Shown piece by piece: positions 34,833-47,375 of a DNA stretch of 64,000 bases. The notes under the pieces are model-generated. The model made no database searches, was not told the DNA's origin, and saw only the letters and a program-made list of their open reading frames with translations. This DNA is from Malacoraja senta. Taxonomy: Eukaryota. The first letter of the stretch is position 1; every line of letters starts with the position of its first letter. The stretch spans positions 5,768,001 to 5,832,000 of the forward strand of contig CM075996.1 in assembly GCA_038087875.1 (NCBI GenBank). The letters run 5' to 3'. The position numbers and the translations under genes were made by a program.

Positions 34833-35962
34833 CAACGTGTCAAGCAGCATCTCTGGAGAACATGGAGCGGTGACATTTCTGATCGGGACCCTTCTTCAGA
34901 CTGAAGGAGGTCCCAACCCGAAATGTCACCGATCCATGTGCTCCAGAGATGCTGCCTGACCCACTGAGTTACTCCTTGTGTCTAAGGATTGTGTTGAGTT
35001 TGTCTCGCTACATCACCTCCGGCAGCAGGGTCTTGCATTCAGTTTGCTCCCCCCTCCCTGCACTCTTTGTTCAAATACACATCCGGAACACACGTCCTAA
35101 ACCTACAGGTCAAAGTCCCGGCCACAGCCTGCCAAAGCCAGGCTCAGGCTCAGGTTGGACGATCTAATGTCACACTCGCTCTGGGCTGGGGCTCACGCTT
35201 CCTCTTTACACCCCCCCCCCCCCTCCCTTTCCACCCCCCACCTCCCATCCTCAGCCAGTCTACCTTCTACCCACACCCTAACCTCACCCACACCACACAC
35301 CAGCAACCTCTCAGTTTCCAGGCTGCCACTGTCACCTGTGGTCATGTCATAAATGATAGGAGCAGAATTAGGCCATTCGGCCCATCAAGTCTACTCCGCC
35401 ATTCAAAGTTCAAAGGACAAAGGACATTTATTGTCACATACACCAATTGGTGCAGTGAAATTTGAGACAATCGCGGCTGATCTATCTCTCCCTCCTCACC
35501 CCATTCTCCTGCCTTCTCCCCATAACCTCTGACACCCGTACTGATCAAGAATCTTACCTATCTCTGCATTAACAATATCCACTGACTTTGCCTCCACAGC
35601 CCTCTGTGGCAAAGAATTCCACAGATTCAACACCTTCTGACGAAATAAATGTCTCCTCATCTCCTTCCTAAAGGGACGTCCTTTAATTCTGAAGCTATGA
35701 CCTCTGGTCCCACTAGTGGAAACATCCTCTCCACATCCACTCTTTCCAGGCCTTTCACTATTCGGTAAGTTTCAACGAGGTTCCCCCCTCATCCTTCTAA
35801 ACTCCAGCGAGTACAGGCCGGGTTCCGTCAAACGCTCATCATATGTTAACCCGTCTGTTAACATGGTCAGTGTGCAGTGAGTAACAATAGGCCAAAGAGG
35901 GGGTGGGGGGGGGGGTCGCAGAGGGGAAGGACTAAGGGACGCAAGATAAAGTTGTGTCTTAC

Positions 35963-36198
35963 GTCGCAGGTGATGATGGGTGGGATGGAGTCTGACTGCT
36001 CGCTGTTGTGGATCTGAGGGGAGATGCTCTGCCCCTCTTCTCTCTCCTCCTCCTCCTCATCCTCATCATCATCATCATCATCCTCCTCATCCTCCTCGTC
36101 CTCATCCTCCTCATCCTCCTCTTCCTCTCCTGCCTCCGTCTCTTCCATCGCCTTCTCCTCATCCAACTCCTTGTCGATGAGCTTCTTCTGTGCTGGAG
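35963..36198 (-). CDS. TULP2: Tubby-family protein, exon 8 (acidic D/E tract)
   Basis: CTGCAG|..PAQKKLIDKELDEEKAMEETEAGEEEEDEE...PPIITCD|GTAAGA; phases fit both neighbours. Confidence 0.8.
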
Positions 36199-37152
36199 CT
36201 GCAGAGGAGAGTGAACAGTGTTGACACTTTAGACCGATATTGTCACAGGGAACAACCTAAAATTTACATTGGAATTTAAGGCAGTAGTAAGGATAACAAG
36301 CAAATGCTGAATTGTATTAAAATAAGGCATTGAAAAATGCCCATATAAAAAATGCCCATTTAACAAATACGCATTTAAAAAATTCTCATTATAAAAATGT
36401 CCACTTAAAAAAGGCCTTTTAAAAATTGCCTATTTCAAAAATGCCTTTTAAAATAACACTAAAAAAAAGGCATTAGTAAGGATCACAAACAAATGATGAA
36501 TTGTATTAAAATCCATCCATCAGGGGAGGAAATTTGTCATGACTGCAACCGCTGGAACCTCGAGTAAAAAACACAAAGTGCTGGAGGAACTCAGCAGGTC
36601 AGGCAGCATCTGTAAAAGGAATCGGACAGAAGAGGTTTCAGGTCGGGAGACTTCTTCAGGTTGAAGATTGCCGCCCTGGTCTAGTCTCCAGTCCCAGACC
36701 CATCCACCTTTGCTCATTAGACTTTAGAGATACAAAGTGGAAACAGGCCCTTCGGCCCACCGAGTCCACGCTGACCAGCGATCACCCCGTACACTATGTG
36801 ACAATTTTATAGCTTACCAAAGCCAATTAACCTAAAAACCTGTACGTCTTTGGAGTGTGGGAGGAAACCGGAGCACCCGGAGAAAACCCACAAGGTCACG
36901 GGGAGGACGTACAATCTCCGTACAGACAACACCTGTGGTTAGGATCAAACCCAGGTCTCTGGCGCTGTGCGGCAGGCAGCACTCCACCGCTGCGCCATCG
37001 TGCCGCTCTTTAACTTGGCACCTGGTTGACTTTTAAATGCGGTCTGAAACGGTCGAGTAGGCCAAGAAATATATAAACCACTGAGGTGAATGGGGACTCA
37101 ACAGGGTGTGAGAAGGTTGTTGGATTCTGGGTAGCATCTTAACAGGTAAAAC

Positions 37153-37547
37153 CAAAGATCCTATAGCAGAGCAAGATCGATCACTCGCCGAAAAAGACGT
37201 ACTACGGTCATGGGCAGATTCATGGGTAATTTTCGGCCCCATTTCCGTAACCGGCTTCCGTCTCCGCACCAAAGATCCCATCACAGCGGAGCAAAGATAA
37301 CTAGTGCGGAGACGGAAGCCGGTTACGGAAACATCCTCGTAAAAATAAAAGTTATTTGGTAAAAATCTTCTCCTCATTTTCAGAATCATAATTTATTAAC
37401 ACAGACGTTGATTACACTGCGGGTCGGGTCGGGTCGGGTTACTGAAATGGATGAAAAAAAGGCCCACGTTCTGCTCCGTTGCGTACTACACGTCAGCCCA
37501 TTGCATTTAGAAGGAGTGGTCTATCTTGCTCAGCTATAGGATCTTTG
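37153..37547. mobile_element. Non-autonomous hAT-type element
   Basis: TIRs CAAAGATCCTATAGCAGAGCAAGAT / ATCTTGCTCAGCTATAGGATCTTTG with a perfect 8-bp TSD GGTAAAAC. Confidence 0.85.
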
Positions 37548-38437
37548 GGTAAAACTGGGGAGGGATTTGCGGGTGTGATTGATTGTTTGACTGATGGAGT
37601 AATACTTTATTTATCACATGTGACATGTCACCGTGAAATTATTTGTTCTGCACACCCTATGCAAAGAGTCACCGACAAAGTTACAAAGTAGTCCCCCAAT
37701 AGTCCCTGTGTAGGTTGGAACTGCCGATGCTGGTTTAAACCAAAGATGGACACAGAATGCTGGAGTAACTCAGCGGGACAGGCAGCATCTCTGGAGGGAA
37801 GGAATGGGCGACGTTTCGGGTGAAGACCCTTCTTCAGTCTTCAGACTTCACCTATTCTTGGAATAAAGGGGAGGTCATTTAAGACTGAGGTGAGAAAAAA
37901 ACTTTTTCACCCAGAGAGTTGTGAATTTGTGGAATTCCCTGCCACAGAGGGCAGTGGAGGCCAAGTCACTGGATGGATTTATGAGAGAGTTAGATAGAGC
38001 TCTAGGGGCTAGTGGAGTCAAGGGATATGGGGAGAAGGCAGGCACGGGTTATTGATAGGGGACGATCAGCCATGATCACAATGAATGGCGGTGCTGGTTT
38101 GAAGGGCCGAATGGCCTCCTCCTGCACCTATTTTCTATGTTTCTATGTTTGTATATTCCTTCTCTCCAGAGATGCTGCCTGTCCTGCTGAGTTACTCCAG
38201 CAATCTGTGCCTATCCCCAATAGTCCCTCTTTGTTCTCTCGCCGCCCCCCCTGCCCCACCCCTGCCCCCGCCCACCCACATTGATTCCCTCTGTGTTCTC
38301 CCTGACCCCCCCCCCCCCTCCCCAGGCCGGGTCCCTCGTTGAGCGGGCAGGTGAACAGAGTGTTGACCAAGTCCAGGTGATGGGAAGGGTTGGGGCACCC
38401 AAAGCATCAGAGACTCCTGAATTGGTGCACAGCTCAC

Positions 38438-38587
38438 CTCTCATCTTCCTTCGCCTGTTCCTCTTCGTCGAGGCTGGCGCAGTGACAACTTCCTCCAGGT
38501 CTTCGCTCGAGTCGTCCACCGTGAAGATTTCAACCTTCCGGTCAGTCTCCTCCACCTCTTCCCGAAACGCCACAATCTCATCGCCCG
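38438..38587 (-). CDS. TULP2: Tubby-family protein, exon 7
   Basis: TTCCAG|GDEIVAFREEVEETDRKVEIFTVDDSSEDLEEVVTAPASTKRNRRRKMR G|GTGAGC; phase 1/1. Confidence 0.7.
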
Positions 38588-38956
38588 CTGGAAGCACAGA
38601 GGGAGGCGTTCGCGGTGAGCGCAGAAGGGAACAGGTCAAAATCCCCTTCCACACAGTCACTCTGCAACCCAATGTTGTTCAGAAGGAGGGGGACTGAGAC
38701 AGAGGCACCTCCTGAAGGCTTTCTCCACCCACAGTGGACTTTGCCAAATTCCCAGTTTACCTCTCTCTCCTCTCACATTTCAATTCTTTCCCTCTCTTCA
38801 GTCATTCCACAAGGCAGCTTCCAAATATGTACCCTGTGCCATTCTCCCATCTGCCTGCCACCCCTTCCCCTCAACTATCTTCCACCACTCTCTTTCCCCT
38901 ATCTTCACCCCTCGTCCTCCATTATCCTCCTCCCCTTGCCCTCCCGCTAAAAAAAA

Positions 38957-39500
38957 CACAGATGCAGACAGATACAGAGATACAGAGATACAGAGAGACA
39001 GAGAGAGAGACACAGAGAGACACAGGGAGATACAGAGAGAGACACAGAGAGAGACACAGAGACAGAGACAGAGACAGAGACAGAGACAGAGACAGACACA
39101 GAGACAGACACAGACACAGACACAGAGACACAGAGACAGACACAGACACAGAGACACACACACAGAGACAGAGACACAGAGACACAGAGACAGACACAGA
39201 GACACAGACACAGACACACACACAGACACAGAGACAGAGACAGAGACAGAGACAGACACAGACACAGAGACAGACACAGAGATAGAGACAGAGTCAGAGA
39301 CAGACGCAGACACAGACACAGAGACACACACAGAGACAGACACAGACACAGAGACAGAGACAGACACAGAGACAGACACAGACACAGACACAGAGACACA
39401 GAGACAGACACAGACACAGAGACACACACACAGAGACAGAGACACAGAGACACAGAGACAGACACAGAGACACAGACACAGACACAGACACAGAGCCACA
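38957..39500. repeat. (GAGACA/CAGACA)n compound microsatellite
   Basis: Directly visible. Confidence 0.95.
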
Positions 39501-39786
39501 GACTTTCACATTGCACATATCACACTGTGCAGCTGGGAAGGACATTGCAAGAGACTGAAAATGCTGGAATCCTGAGCAAAACAAAAAAATAACAGCTGGA
39601 GGAACAGCAACTGAGGAGGGAAATGGACGCACAATGTTTTGACCCGAGATCCTTCTTCAGTCTGTGCCGTCAGTCCATTTCCCTCCTCTGACACTGCCTG
39701 ACCCGCCGAGTGCCTCCAGCACTCTTTCCTTCGCAACCGGGAAGGACGTGGTGGGTGTTGAGGGCAGGTGCTGGGATCTCTCTCAC

Positions 39787-39900
39787 CTTCCTTCCACCAC
39801 TGCCTCTTCTCGCCGTTTGCTCCCGTCCGGGATATCACCTTCAGGGGGGTTTGGAGCTTGTGCCCGGTGTCGGTCACTTTCAAGTCGTCGGCTAACGATT
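39787..39900 (-). CDS. TULP2: Tubby-family protein, putative exon 6
   Basis: CCGCAG|..SLADDLKVTDTGHKLQTPLKVISRTGANGEKRQWWKE G|GTGAGA; 114 bp, open in phase 1/1. Confidence 0.55.
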
Positions 39901-40434
39901 CTGCGGAGAGCGGAGGGAGACGTCAGCGGCTGGGTCAGGGTTAGGGCAAGGGACTCTCATTGTATTCAAGTGGTGGAGGCAGGGGCGGGGAGACGCTAAG
40001 TGGCTCGGGTGGAGGAAGAGACGCACATGGGCGGCGAGCGAGGGAGCGAGGGACAGAGGACTTGGAATTGGAGAGTAAAGGGCCTGTCCCACTTACGCAA
40101 CCTTTACAGGCGACTGCCGGCACCCGTGATAGGTCGCCAAAATTTTCAACATGTTGAAAATTCAGCGGCGACCAGAAAGACGCTACGACTCTTTGGAGAC
40201 CTCTCACGACCATAGGAGACCTCTCACGACCATACAGGCGACCCCTGACGACATGTTGCGGGCGACCTCTCACGACCTTAGGAGACCTCTCACGACCATA
40301 CAGGCGACCCCTGACGACATGTTGCGGGCGACCTCTCACGACCTTAGGAGACCTCTCACGACCATACAGGCGACCCCTGACGACATGTTGCGGGCGACCT
40401 CTCACGACGTTAGGAGACCTCTCACGACCATACA

Positions 40435-40488
40435 GGGGTGGAAGATTGCAACCTTCACGTGGTCCACCCTGTTTCGACTAATGCAATC
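40435..40488 (+). ncRNA. Minimal HDV/CPEB3-like self-cleaving ribozyme (predicted), copy 2
   Basis: Same fold as copy 1, with P1 3' strand CCACCCU and J4/2 C-UAA (C at 40478). Confidence 0.8.
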
Positions 40489-40573
40489 AACTCGACGTGC
40501 ACAAACGCAAGATGAAATAGAACAAGTTGTCCTACAACTTTAGGCTGTGCACGCCACACGAAAGAAGAAGAAG
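40435..40573 (+). mobile_element. ~140-bp ribozyme-headed retroposon, copy 2
   Basis: 11-bp TSD ACGACCATACA (40424-40434 and 40574-40584); (GAA)n tail. Confidence 0.85.
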
Positions 40574-42550
40574 ACGACCATACAGCCGATGGTCGTGAGA
40601 GGTCTCCAAAGAGTCGTGGCGCCTTTCTGGTCGCCGCTGAATTTTCAACACGTTGAAAATTTCGGTGACCTGTGACGTGTGCCGGCAGTCGCCTATAAAG
40701 GTCGCGTAAGTGGGACAGGCCCTTTAGAATCATGGCAATGCGTGGCGTCGTGTGTCTATGCGAGGGTCAGCCAGAGTACTCCCCCCCCCACCCTCCAGCG
40801 GGATCGATTGAGGACCAGCCTGTCCAAGCTTACCATCAATGACCTATCTATACTAAGGGAGTCAAAGGGAAGTCCAGAACTAGGGGTCACAGTTTAAGGA
40901 TAAGAGGGAAGACTTTTAGGACCGAGATGAGGAAATCATTTTTTTACACAGAGAGTGGTGAATCTGTGGAATTCTCTGCCACAGAAGGTAGTTGAGGCCA
41001 GTTCATTGGCTATATTTAAGAGGGAGTTAGATGTGGCCCTTGTGGCTAAAGGGATCAGGGGGTATGGAGAGAAGGCAGGGATGGGATACTGAGTTGGATG
41101 ATCAGCCATGATCATATCACCATGATCATATCAAATGGCGGTGCAGGCTCGAAGGGCCGAATGGCCTACTCCTGCACCTATTTTCTATGTTTCTATGTTA
41201 CGGGGAGAAGGCAGGAGAATGGGGTGAAGAGAGGGAACACCGATCAGCCACGATAGTAACATAGAAAATAGGTGCAGGAGTAGGCCATTCGGCCCTTCAA
41301 GCCAGCACCGCCATTCAATATGATCATGGCCCATCATCCAAAATCAATACCCCGTTCCTGCTTTCTCCCCATATCCCTTGATTCCGTTAACCCTAAGAGC
41401 TAAATCTAACTCTCTCTTGAATACATCAATGATCGAATGGCAAAGCAGACTCGATGGGCTGAATGGCCTAATTCTGCTCCCTTGTCTTGTGGTCTGGGAA
41501 AGCACTTGGACCCTGGTCTTCTCTGCCCTGCTGATTCACGTGCTTGTCTAAACAACGAGAGTCCCTGCCTCCACCGACCACGCAGGCTGCGTTCCAGATT
41601 CCAACTACCTTCAGGTTAAACGTCCCTCGGATGCCCTCTAAACCCCTTCTAACCTTATCCTGAACCCATGGCCCCCTAGTGTTAGGGTGGAGGCACAGCA
41701 CCAGGATCCGGGTTCGTTCTTGGCGACTGGTGCTCTCCGTGTGGAGTTTGCACGTTCTCCCCGTGACCGAGTGGGTTTTCTCCGGCTGCTCCGGGTTTCC
41801 TTCCCACATCCCAAAGGCGTGCAGCTTTGTAAGTTAATCGGCTTCTGCAAAATTGCCCCCAGTTTGTAGGGAGTGGATGGGACATTGTGATAACATAGAA
41901 CTAGTGTACTATGATCACTGGGAGGTGACAATGAGACACCACGGGCACCGAGCTACATTCAGTTGGGATTAATGGAACTGCCTTGAGCTCTCTTATGTCT
42001 CAGTGATCTTGGGTTCCAACTTTTGGAACTCAAACTGATGACGCTGAAGGCTTTGCAGCATAGATTGAATGATTCAGCTCACCAGTTAATTCTATGCAGG
42101 AAGGAACTGCAGATGCTGGTTTAAACCGAAGATGGACACAACAAGCTGAAGCAACTCGGCGGGTCAGACAGCATCTCCGGAGAAACGGTCATAAGTGACA
42201 GCAGCAGAATTAGGCCATTCGGCCCATCAAGTCTACTCCGCCATTCAATCATGGCTGATCTATCTCTCCCTCCTAACCCCATTCTCCTTCCTTCTTCTCA
42301 TAACCCCCGACACCCGTACTAATCATAAGGAATAGGTCTTGACCTAAAATGTCACCTATTCCTCTCCTGAGATGCTGTCTGACCCGCTGAGTTACTGCAG
42401 CGTTTTGTGTCTATCTCAGGTTTAAACCAGCATCTGCAGCTCCTTCCTACATAGAATTAACTGGTTGGCTGAATCATTCAATCTATGCTACATGCTGCTA
42501 TCATTCTGCTTTGCTATTTAGTAGATGCCAATATTTGATGTACTGTACAG

Positions 42551-43193
42551 GTGGTGAGTGAGTGGGTGAGTGAGTGTGTGGGTGTGTGGGTGTGTGAGTG
42601 TGTGGGTGTGTGAGTGTGTGAGTGTGTGAGTGTGTGGGTGTGTGAGTGTGTGAGTGTGTGAGTGTGTGGGTGTGTGAGTGTGTGAGTGTGTGGGTGTGTG
42701 AGTGGGTGAGTGGGTGGGTGGGTGAGTGGGTGGGTGTGTGGGTGGGTGTGTGAGTGGGTGTGAGTGGGTGAGTGGGTGGGTGTGTGAGTGGGTGAGTGGG
42801 TGGGTGGGTGGGTGGGTGAGTGAGTGTGTGAGTGAGTGAGTGAGTGTGTGAGTGTGTGAGTGAGTGTGTGAGTGAGTGTGTGAGTGTGTGAGTGAGTGTG
42901 TGAGTGAGTGAGTGAGTGTGTGAGTGAGTGTGTGAGTGTGTGTGTGAGTGTGTGAGTGAGTGAGTGAGTGTGTGAGTGTGTGAGTGAGTGTGTGAGTGTG
43001 TGTGTGAGTGTGTGAGTGAGTGAGTGAGTGAGTGTGTGAGTGAGTGAGTGAGTGTGTGAGTGAGTGAGTGAGTGTGTGAGTGTGTGTGTGAGTGTGTGAG
43101 TGAGTGAGTGAGTGAGTGTGTGAGTGAGTGTGTGAGTGTGTGTGTGAGTGTGTGAGTGTGTGAGTGAGTGTGAGTGAGTGAGTGAGTGAGTGT
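42551..43193. repeat. (GT)/(GAGT)/(GGGT) compound microsatellite
   Basis: Directly visible. Confidence 0.96.
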
Positions 43194-43219
43194 CTATGCC
43201 CTGTGCTGTGGAGAGTTAC

Positions 43220-43381
43220 CAGGTGGAACGGCTGAGCTCCTGTGTTTGGATGGACTTGGACCTTTCTTTACTCTCGGGCCTCTCTCAGCCATTCCCGCCG
43301 GGTGTTCACAAAGCTTGAATAGATTTTGTGGGCTCCCCACTACGTTCTCCTGCAGCTCCTCCACGGACACCTCCAGGACAT
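43220..43381 (-). CDS. TULP2: Tubby-family protein, putative exon 5
   Basis: CCGCAG|..VLEVSVEELQENVVGSPQNLF...SAVPP G|GTAACT; phase 1/1. Confidence 0.6.
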
Positions 43382-44212
43382 CTGCGGTATCAGGAAACAG
43401 CAACACACATCAGCATACAAGGACCGCGTGGGTCGGCATTAAGGGTGGCACGGTGGCGCAGCGGTAGACCTGCTGCCTCCCAGCGCCAGAGACCCGGGTT
43501 TGATCCTGACTACAGGTGCTGTCTGTACGGAGTTTGTACGTTCTCCTTCGTGACCTGTGTGGGTTTTCTCCGGGTGCTCCGGTTTCCTCCCACCCTCCAA
43601 AGACGTACAGGTTTGTAGGTTGACAAAAATGCTGGAGAAACTCAGCGGGTGAGGCAGCATCTATGGAGCGAAGGAAATAGGCCACGTTTCGGGCCGAAAC
43701 CCTTCTTCAGACTTATAGGTTAATTGGCTTGGCATAATTGTAAATTGTCCCTAGTGTGTGAAGGATGGCGTTAGTGTGCGGGGTTGGCTGGTCGGCACGG
43801 ACTCGGTGGGCTGAAGGGCCTGTTACTGCGCTGTATCTCTAAACTAAACTAAAAGATGGGAGAGAGAGGGATGAGCCAGATGTGTAACAGTCAGTGGAAG
43901 TCGAGCAAACCACTGTTCATTCACCTGTCCTTGTTCCTCAGTGGGATGGATTGCTTCCTCTACTAATAGAGACCCCTAGACTGTTCCAGCTCCTGAGCAG
44001 AGATATGGACTACATCTGTATTTTCCATCTACCTACAGACTACATCCATTGGCTTTGCTCTGGATACTCAACCGTTAAAGTTGACCACCCCCAAGAGTCT
44101 AATACGCCCCGTCTGAAGAAGGGTTTCGGCCCGAAACGTTGCCTATTTCCTTCGCTCCATAGATGCTGCAGCACCCGCTGAGTTTCTCCAGCAATTTTGT
44201 CTACCGTCTAAT

Positions 44213-44508
44213 AGGATTGCAACCTTGTCGTGGTCGGGGAGCTTGTGTGTCTCAGTGACCCCTAGAGCTACACCAGCGGGAGATTCCTCTCCTGTTAGGG
44301 TCTCCCATGCTGGACAGGTGGAAGGGTAGAGGCGAGATGAAGAGCGATCCACTGGTTCCTCCAGGTTGGAGGTTGAGCACAGGGCTAACAACCTTGTCTC
44401 GTAAAACACATATGTTACGGAAACAGCAACTGAAGGAATCAACACTACTGAGTGGAGGGCCTTCGCTGCTGCCCACATGCCAGGAGGCTTCATAGGCAGT
44501 AAGTAAGT
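44213..44508 (+). mobile_element. RTE-derived non-autonomous retroposon
   Basis: ACCTTGTCGTGGTCGGGGAGCTTGTGTGTCTCAGTGACCCTAGAGC..AGGGTCTCCCATGC (RTE 5' UTR-like) with a (TAAG)n tail. Confidence 0.6.
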
Positions 44509-45515
44509 TAGAGTTTAATGATAAGGAACTGCAGATGCTGGGTTACACCAAAGATAGACACAAAATGCCAGAGTAACTCAGCGGGTCTGGAGAAAATGGA
44601 TGTTTTGGGTTGAGACCTGTAGGATCTTCGTGAAACATACATGATTGCCCGGGGGTTTTGGCCGGATATTTCCCCTTTTGGGATAATATAGAACAAGGGA
44701 TGGTAGTTTCATGATAACCCACTCGAGATGGAGATGAAGTTTTCATCTCGCTGTGATTTTTGAATCTGTGAATGGAAGAGTCGAGGATTATTATCAACAG
44801 GCAGAAAAGGACTCAAAGTGCTGGAATAACTCAGCGGGTCAGGCAGCATCTCTGGAGAACATGGAAGGGTGATGTTTCAGATTGGGACCCTTCGATCAGA
44901 CCAGCATCTGCAGTTCCTTGTTTCTGTGGGTTTGTAGGTTAATTGGCCTCTGTAAATCGCCCCTGATGTGTAGGGAGTTAATGAGAAAGTGGAGAAGTTG
45001 GTGCGAGTCCAGGTGGATGTGGGGGAGAAAGGGGAGCAGAGAGGAGGGGAGGGAGGGGGTTAAAGGTTGCCTAAAATTTGAGAATTCAATGTTCATACCA
45101 TTGGGTTTTAAACTGTGCCCATGCGGAATATGAGGTGCTGTTCCTCCATTTTGTATGTGGCCTAATTCTGGCAATGGAGGAGGCCCAGGACAGAAAGGCC
45201 AGTGCGGGAAGGAAAGGTTATGGAGAAGTCAGATGGTCACATTGAACAGCGGGGCTAGCTCCCACTTCTGCGTTCTTCGATAATCCGATTTTATCTCATC
45301 CAGCCCCGACTAAAAAAAACCCAAACTATTTCTAAATCCGGTTCCAAGACAACTGCTAGGAGGGTAAAATGTTCAGAATTCTTTAAAGTACAGATTGACA
45401 CATCTTAACAGCCCCAATTGTCATTAAAGCCCAGACAACCAGTTCCTGATTCTGATCCCAAGCACCTCATCATTGCCTCTGGATCTGAAAGTATCTATCA
45501 GGCCCTCATCCATAC

Positions 45516-45662
45516 CTTCTTCCAGACTCCATGCCTGCTCCTTGGTGATCTTAGCCTTGTTGTGAATCTCTCGGTCCAGAAGCAAGCTGTCCCCATTATC
45601 CAGAGACTCTAAGCGGAGCTGGGCGCTGGATATCTCCTCCACAGGGATCTTGCAGGAGAAGT
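45516..45662 (-). CDS. TULP2: Tubby-family protein, putative exon 4
   Basis: CCCAAG|..FSCKIPVEEISSAQLRLESLDNGDSLLLDREIHNKAKITKEQAWSLEE G|GTATGG; phase 1/1. Confidence 0.55.
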
Positions 45663-47224
45663 CTTGGGAAGGTGCGACAGAGAGAGAAAGAGGAGATGAT
45701 TAGAGAAGATCGACACATCCATTACCCTAGTCAGTCTAGGGACCTGCTAACTGTTCCCAGTTCAGTCCCACCCACCAACATCTCAATCCGAATCCTCCCC
45801 CTTCTCTGCCAAATGTATCTTCAGTTGCTCTTTACTGAGGTCTCCACTGCACACAAGGGCACAGACAGACAGCCGTGCGAAAACACACACCTCCAGATTC
45901 AGGGCAGTTTTTTCTCAGCTGTTATCAGGCAACTGAACCATCTACTCACCAGCTAGACTGTCCCTGACCTCCCATCTACCTCATTGGAGCCCCTCGGACT
46001 ATCTTTAATCAGACTTCACCTTGCACTAAACATTATTCCTGTTATCCTGTACACTGTGGACAGCTCGATTGTAATCGTGCATGTACTGTCTTTCCGCTGA
46101 CTGGATAGCACGCAACAAAACAGCTTTTCACTGTACCTCGGTACACGTGACAATTAACTAAAGAGCTCAAGAGCTCCACTCTCTTCACATGATGTCTGGA
46201 TTCTTCACATGTTGATTTAAGGACACAGTGCCTGCTCTCAGATAGGTTTCCAAGTCAAATATCCTCAGGAGTTACAAGGACTTGCCACCGCCCGATTCTC
46301 CCCATCCTAATCTGATCAATTCCCTCTTTCAGCTCGGTCTATTACGACCCTCCTTGAGTCAGACCTTTTCTCTTCCAATAGAAGCCCCTCCATTTTTGCT
46401 ATTTCTCCCCTTCCACCCACAAGTAAAGGCCAAAGGGATATTATATCACATAATATAATCCCCAATGTGCTACTGGGTAGAAGGTTCCAAACCCATGATG
46501 GATTTATTGAATTGAATTCTTTATTGTCACGTGACATGTCACAGTGAAATTCTTTGCTTGCATACCTTGCCAAGGTATGCAAACAGTCGCCCATAAAGGG
46601 TGCATACAAAGTCACAAACTCCCCCCCCCTTGTCCCCTACACAGTGTCCCCCTTTATTCTTCCACCCTCTCTCACGGCAGTCCCCCCACGTCGGGTCCTC
46701 CATTGTCCATTGTTCCTCACGGCGCCCCCCCCCCACGCCGGAGATGAAGGGCCAAAGCGGGACGAAGGAGCCTGTGACGATGGGAGAGCATTGGAGAGGG
46801 AACCGGGGTCTGGCCAACAAGGGAGACTGCGGGAAGCACACCCCCGAAGCACAAAGGTGGACGGGCAAGGAGAGGGATGTCGCGTTCAAGGAAGGCGATG
46901 GCTGGAGGCCCAGCAGAAGCCTGGGGCTCGCCTAGATCGGGCACCGCTCATAAGGCCTAGACTGGAGTTTGAAAATGGCGCCAAATCCTGGCACCTTTGG
47001 CATGCGGGATCAGCAGACTATTTCCGCACACTTGCTAATCGAGGATGGGCTTAGGTATGGGAATACTGGACTGGACTGTATGTAAGAAAATAATTTCACT
47101 CTGCGGTTGCACACGTGACAGTAAAACCACCATTCAATCTCTCTGATAATAGGTTGTCCAACAGTGACCAAGAATTAATTTTATGTCCAAGAGTCCCACT
47201 GCGGCACAAGAATAGATGTAGTAC

Positions 47225-47375
47225 CTGCAAGCATGTTGATACTATGAGTTTCAAATGCCGAGGACTGCCCTTCAGCCTTTTTGAGCTGCCTGGGCTTCAC
47301 CTTGGCATCTGGGTTTGCCTGAACCATTAGAATATCCTGCCGTTTCCGTCTCTGTTTCTGCTTCAAGAGATTCCA
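47225..47375 (-). CDS. TULP2: Tubby-family protein, exon 3
   Basis: WNLLKQKQRRKRQDILMVQANPDAK..., homologous to TUB [23 protein letters not shown]/GT boundaries. Confidence 0.9.

Larger units (their letters stand above)
40079..40723. mobile_element. PIF/Harbinger MITE with ~130-bp TIRs, an internal 66-bp tandem repeat and a nested retroposon
   Basis: AGGGCCTGTCCCACTTACGC / GCGTAAGTGGGACAGGCCCT, flanked by TAA and TTA. A 66-bp unit occurs about 3 times at 40216-40434. Confidence 0.85.

Noticed and set aside
38734..39632. Long low-complexity ORFs
   Set aside because: Translations of the (GAGACA)n microsatellite.
44214..44260. Third HDV-like ribozyme (GATTGCAACCTTGTCGTGGTC resembles P2-P3-L3 of the SINE ribozyme)
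   Set aside because: No convincing P1 partner, no P1.1 G, and no downstream TGCAATC or C-(G/U)AA were found.
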